From Octopus bimaculoides (taxonomy: Eukaryota), in the NCBI RefSeq assembly GCF_001194135.2, contig NC_068981.1, positions 59,445,306 through 59,484,058 of the forward strand: a DNA stretch of 38,753 nucleotides. Direction: 5' to 3'. The notes under the pieces were generated by a model. It did no database searches and was not told the DNA's origin. It saw nothing but the letters and a program-made list of their open reading frames with translations. A program made the translations under genes and the position numbers. The first letter of the stretch is position 1, and each line of letters starts with the position of its first letter. Positions 35,496 through 38,753 of this stretch are shown here, in pieces.

Positions 35496-37759
35496 TAACA
35501 TCCATTATATTAAAAAACGCAACTATAACTAGTTCAGTTATGCTTAGTAAATAACTAGTTTAATATTGCCCAAACATCTTTGGCGTTTAGTTTCAGCCCA
35601 TCACTTCAAGAAACCTAAGCATTGGTCCATTACATGAAAATGCCTTTGCTTTAGAGAAGAGAGTTGTATCTTAGCATGTGACATATTTGAAAGTAAGACT
35701 GCGATCTAAATTCCATAGCCATGGACACAACAGTAATATATCATTTAATATGACCTTTTTTATAAATAGTCTGAAACCTCATGAAGTCAGTCATCTGAAG
35801 TATTCTGGATACTCATTAAAAAACATAATAAATCTTTTGCCGTACATGTACGATCTTGCTTAGCTAGAATATTGCAACTCCAATTAGCTTTATATTTTTG
35901 TAACTGATTTGAGTGTTTTAAGGGTATAAATGTATTTAATCATCAGACTGACGTACTGCTTATTTGTGCAGAATATGACGTGATCACTGTAATTAGTATT
36001 GTGCCTGGTATCATTTTTTATTGTTTAGACAACTGAATCAATAAAGCAAGTGTTTTGTAAAAGTATTTTGTTTCAATTATTATCCTATATCGCTATCGCC
36101 GTCATGGGTTATTCCTCGAGTCTAATATTTTGTTTCTTGTTTTCCTTTCTCATTTATTGTGCTGGGGTTTCTGATGAATGAGGAAACAGGTTCTTATATC
36201 AGACATGTGTATACACAAATTGTATTCGATAGGCTGAAGTTGGTGAGGACGGAATTTTCATTTTCCCAATTTGTTCTTTCATTTCTGTGACGTTCTTGTT
36301 CAAACAGTTCTATACCGATTGAATTAGTTGAACACAAGCGATTACGATCTGCTGCCAGTTGCTTAACTTTCCTAGTAGTTTTCGTTGATACAAGCCTGTT
36401 TAGATGGATCTTTAGAACTGTCGCAGACAGTAACCGTATTTGCAGGGTTTTATCAGTACTGAGTCCGCTGTCGGATGGGATTTGTCACTTACTCATACAG
36501 TCTACATACCCTATCTATCTGAGACTGAAATTGATGAGAGTAGGTTCGACGTTGTTGTTTATAGATCTAGTTCTATTATTTGATTATCATGACTGATAGG
36601 CTATATAAGGATCTAAGTAGTTATTTTTATTAATTTCTAATGAAGACAAATACCTCAATGTATTCAAGGGGAAACGTTCCCTGTTTTACGAGAGAAAAAA
36701 TACCATATTCAAAGACTATACATACACACAAACTGAGGAATATGTTGTGCAGCTTGAACACAGTTATAAATAATTTTTGATAGTATCCACTACTTGTACA
36801 AAAACTAACTTTCTGTTTTCCTGCTGCATTGTACATTGATGAAAATTTCAAATGCATTTCCTCGTGCAGGTAATTATTCTCAAACAAATCTCACTATAAA
36901 ATGACCATATATAATACAATATATAATACATTTTAAGTATACTGAAGGGAACCGCATGTGAGTTCTGCAAAAAAATTTAAAATCTGGTACTTAATTGGAG
37001 CAAAGTAACATCTGGCAATGCTTTGGCCTAATTTGTAACTCGGTTGCTACATAATTCCAAGCATGTTTGTGTGCCTGTTGTTTTCTGACTATGATATCTG
37101 CTGCCATTCCAGTATGTAATTCAATTTTGATTTATTATTTTTAGCTTAAGTCATAACTTATATTTTCAAGATACTTGGAAATACGCTTAAGTACAAATTT
37201 TTGAAAAAACTTTAGCTAGGTATTCAAAGGTGTAAACTGTACAGCTTGTTATCCCATATTCTTCTCAGTTAATATGCAATCAATAAGATAACCCAATATG
37301 GATAGCGCCTGCTAATTCACCGTGAGGAAGACATTTCTAACCGATAATTATTTGACTTCTCCTCGCTTATATAATTTTGATATTTACAAAGAATGGTATA
37401 TTCACTAAAACCATGTGTATCAAACAAATTAATAACAAGAAATGTCAGGTTTAAACTTACTTTTTCGACAAGTAATATCATAAAAAGTATAAAAGGAGAA
37501 AATGTATGCAAATAAACATCAAAAACACACACGCGCGCGTATGAATGTACGCATACACATACACACACAACACAATTTTTAGTTATTTACCTACATTTGA
37601 TTTCCTTTATTGCTATAATATTATAACTCTGCTAAGTTGTAGTAGGTTCTTCGTATTCCCATGCAATGATTCTCAGTAATCATTTAGAGCTTTGACCCCG
37701 TAACCGTTATTCTATTATCCTTCAAAGTCTTCCTCTACTAGTATTATGGTATTTGATAA

Positions 37760-38080
37760 CGGTTGGGTCAGCTTTGTGCCTTCTTTTTCTCCTTACCCTC
37801 CCTCCTCTACTCTTCACTTCCTTGTTGCTGCCTTCTGCCTTGTCGACTTTTGGAGATAAAGCTTGTGTATTGGTTCCTTCATAAACGACCTTGATTATTT
37901 TGTAGGCTGACCTGACCACAGATCATTCTCTTACCACTGACCAGTAGAAAATAAACAATTCCTTAATAGCTAAACCCAACATTAATGCAGCCGCGCTCTC
38001 CTCTTTTCTTAGAAATAGAGTTATTGCGTCACTGGATGTCAATTATTCCTTCTCTTCCCTATAAACTCTACTAACCTATA
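37760..38080 (-). mobile_element. Possible very old RTE-like RT relic
   Basis: EFIGKR-GIIDI and KIIKVVYEGTNTQ loosely resemble GFMPGRGTTD and IIRSMYEG; many stops. Confidence 0.25.
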
Positions 38081-38753
38081 ATTTTTTCTGTTCTGATTAA
38101 ATATACATTATCCTAATAAATCCATTCTGTCAACTGAACTAGAAGCAGAATCACTGAAAATGTTTTGCTCCGTGGATTGTAAACTATGTTAAATCATTTT
38201 GAACGTCCTTAATTTTGAAGTTCATGAATTCATCTGTCGAAAACGGTTTCTTTATAATGATGTAATGTTTTCATTAATCCACTGAAGGAGGTATGTATAT
38301 ATACAATGTAAATAAGTAACAAAGATGTATAGGTGTACATCTTTGAAATGTAAATTTGTTAAAAATCGTTTACACTTTATGTTTGAAATCTATATGGTTA
38401 TCTGAAGAGAGCAATTTCTTTCAAATTGATGCAATGTTTTCATTAATCAATTAAATGGAGCCGCTTAAAACGGCAATAATGTATTGACACCTGTATATCT
38501 TTGTTACTTAACATTCTGTTCACCCAACTTGAAATCTGCACTTCAGAAATACTATAGAAAGTTTATCTTCCCGGTGTTGCGTTGTCTGCACACATGACAT
38601 GAATATTAGATACAATTACCCCTACACTGAGTCTTGATATTCAATATTCAATTAATATTGTTGGGCTGTGCGGACTATACTAAACTGGCAAGGTGTCTCA
38701 GTTTAAGTACCTAATTCAACTGAATCTTAACTATATTATATATATATATATAT

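Noticed and set aside
36165-36192. Hammerhead-like CTGATGA...GAAAC
   Set aside because: Only 5 nt between the core motifs, with no stem II or supporting stems I and III.

Overview
Eukaryotic, AT-rich, repeat-dominated scaffold with seven N gaps. I see no prokaryotic features: no operons, CRISPR array, rRNA or real tRNA. The microsatellites, tRNA-derived SINE families and abundant Dong/R4 LINEs suggest an octopus or other cephalopod genome (inference from recalled repeat families, not a database hit). The recognisable content is almost all decayed mobile DNA. DNA transposons: a full-length Chapaev3-type element nested in a Dong/R4 LINE, a pogo-family (DD35D) transposase and a mariner 3' half. 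Retroelements: two L1/Tx1-clade LINEs, a CR1/Jockey-group LINE, at least seven Dong/R4 fragments, several SINEs and a Penelope-like (Naiad-type) GIY-YIG endonuclease followed by a degenerate higher-order repeat array. No host gene could be named; a few phase-compatible micro-exon candidates and unidentified coding-like relics occur at about 0.2-2.1 kb and 12.7-14.3 kb. I found no convincing new biological system. The best leads are structural: a polarised 17-bp array at a LINE deletion junction, a 69-bp fold-back, the Penelope-associated array and the possible micro-exon chain.
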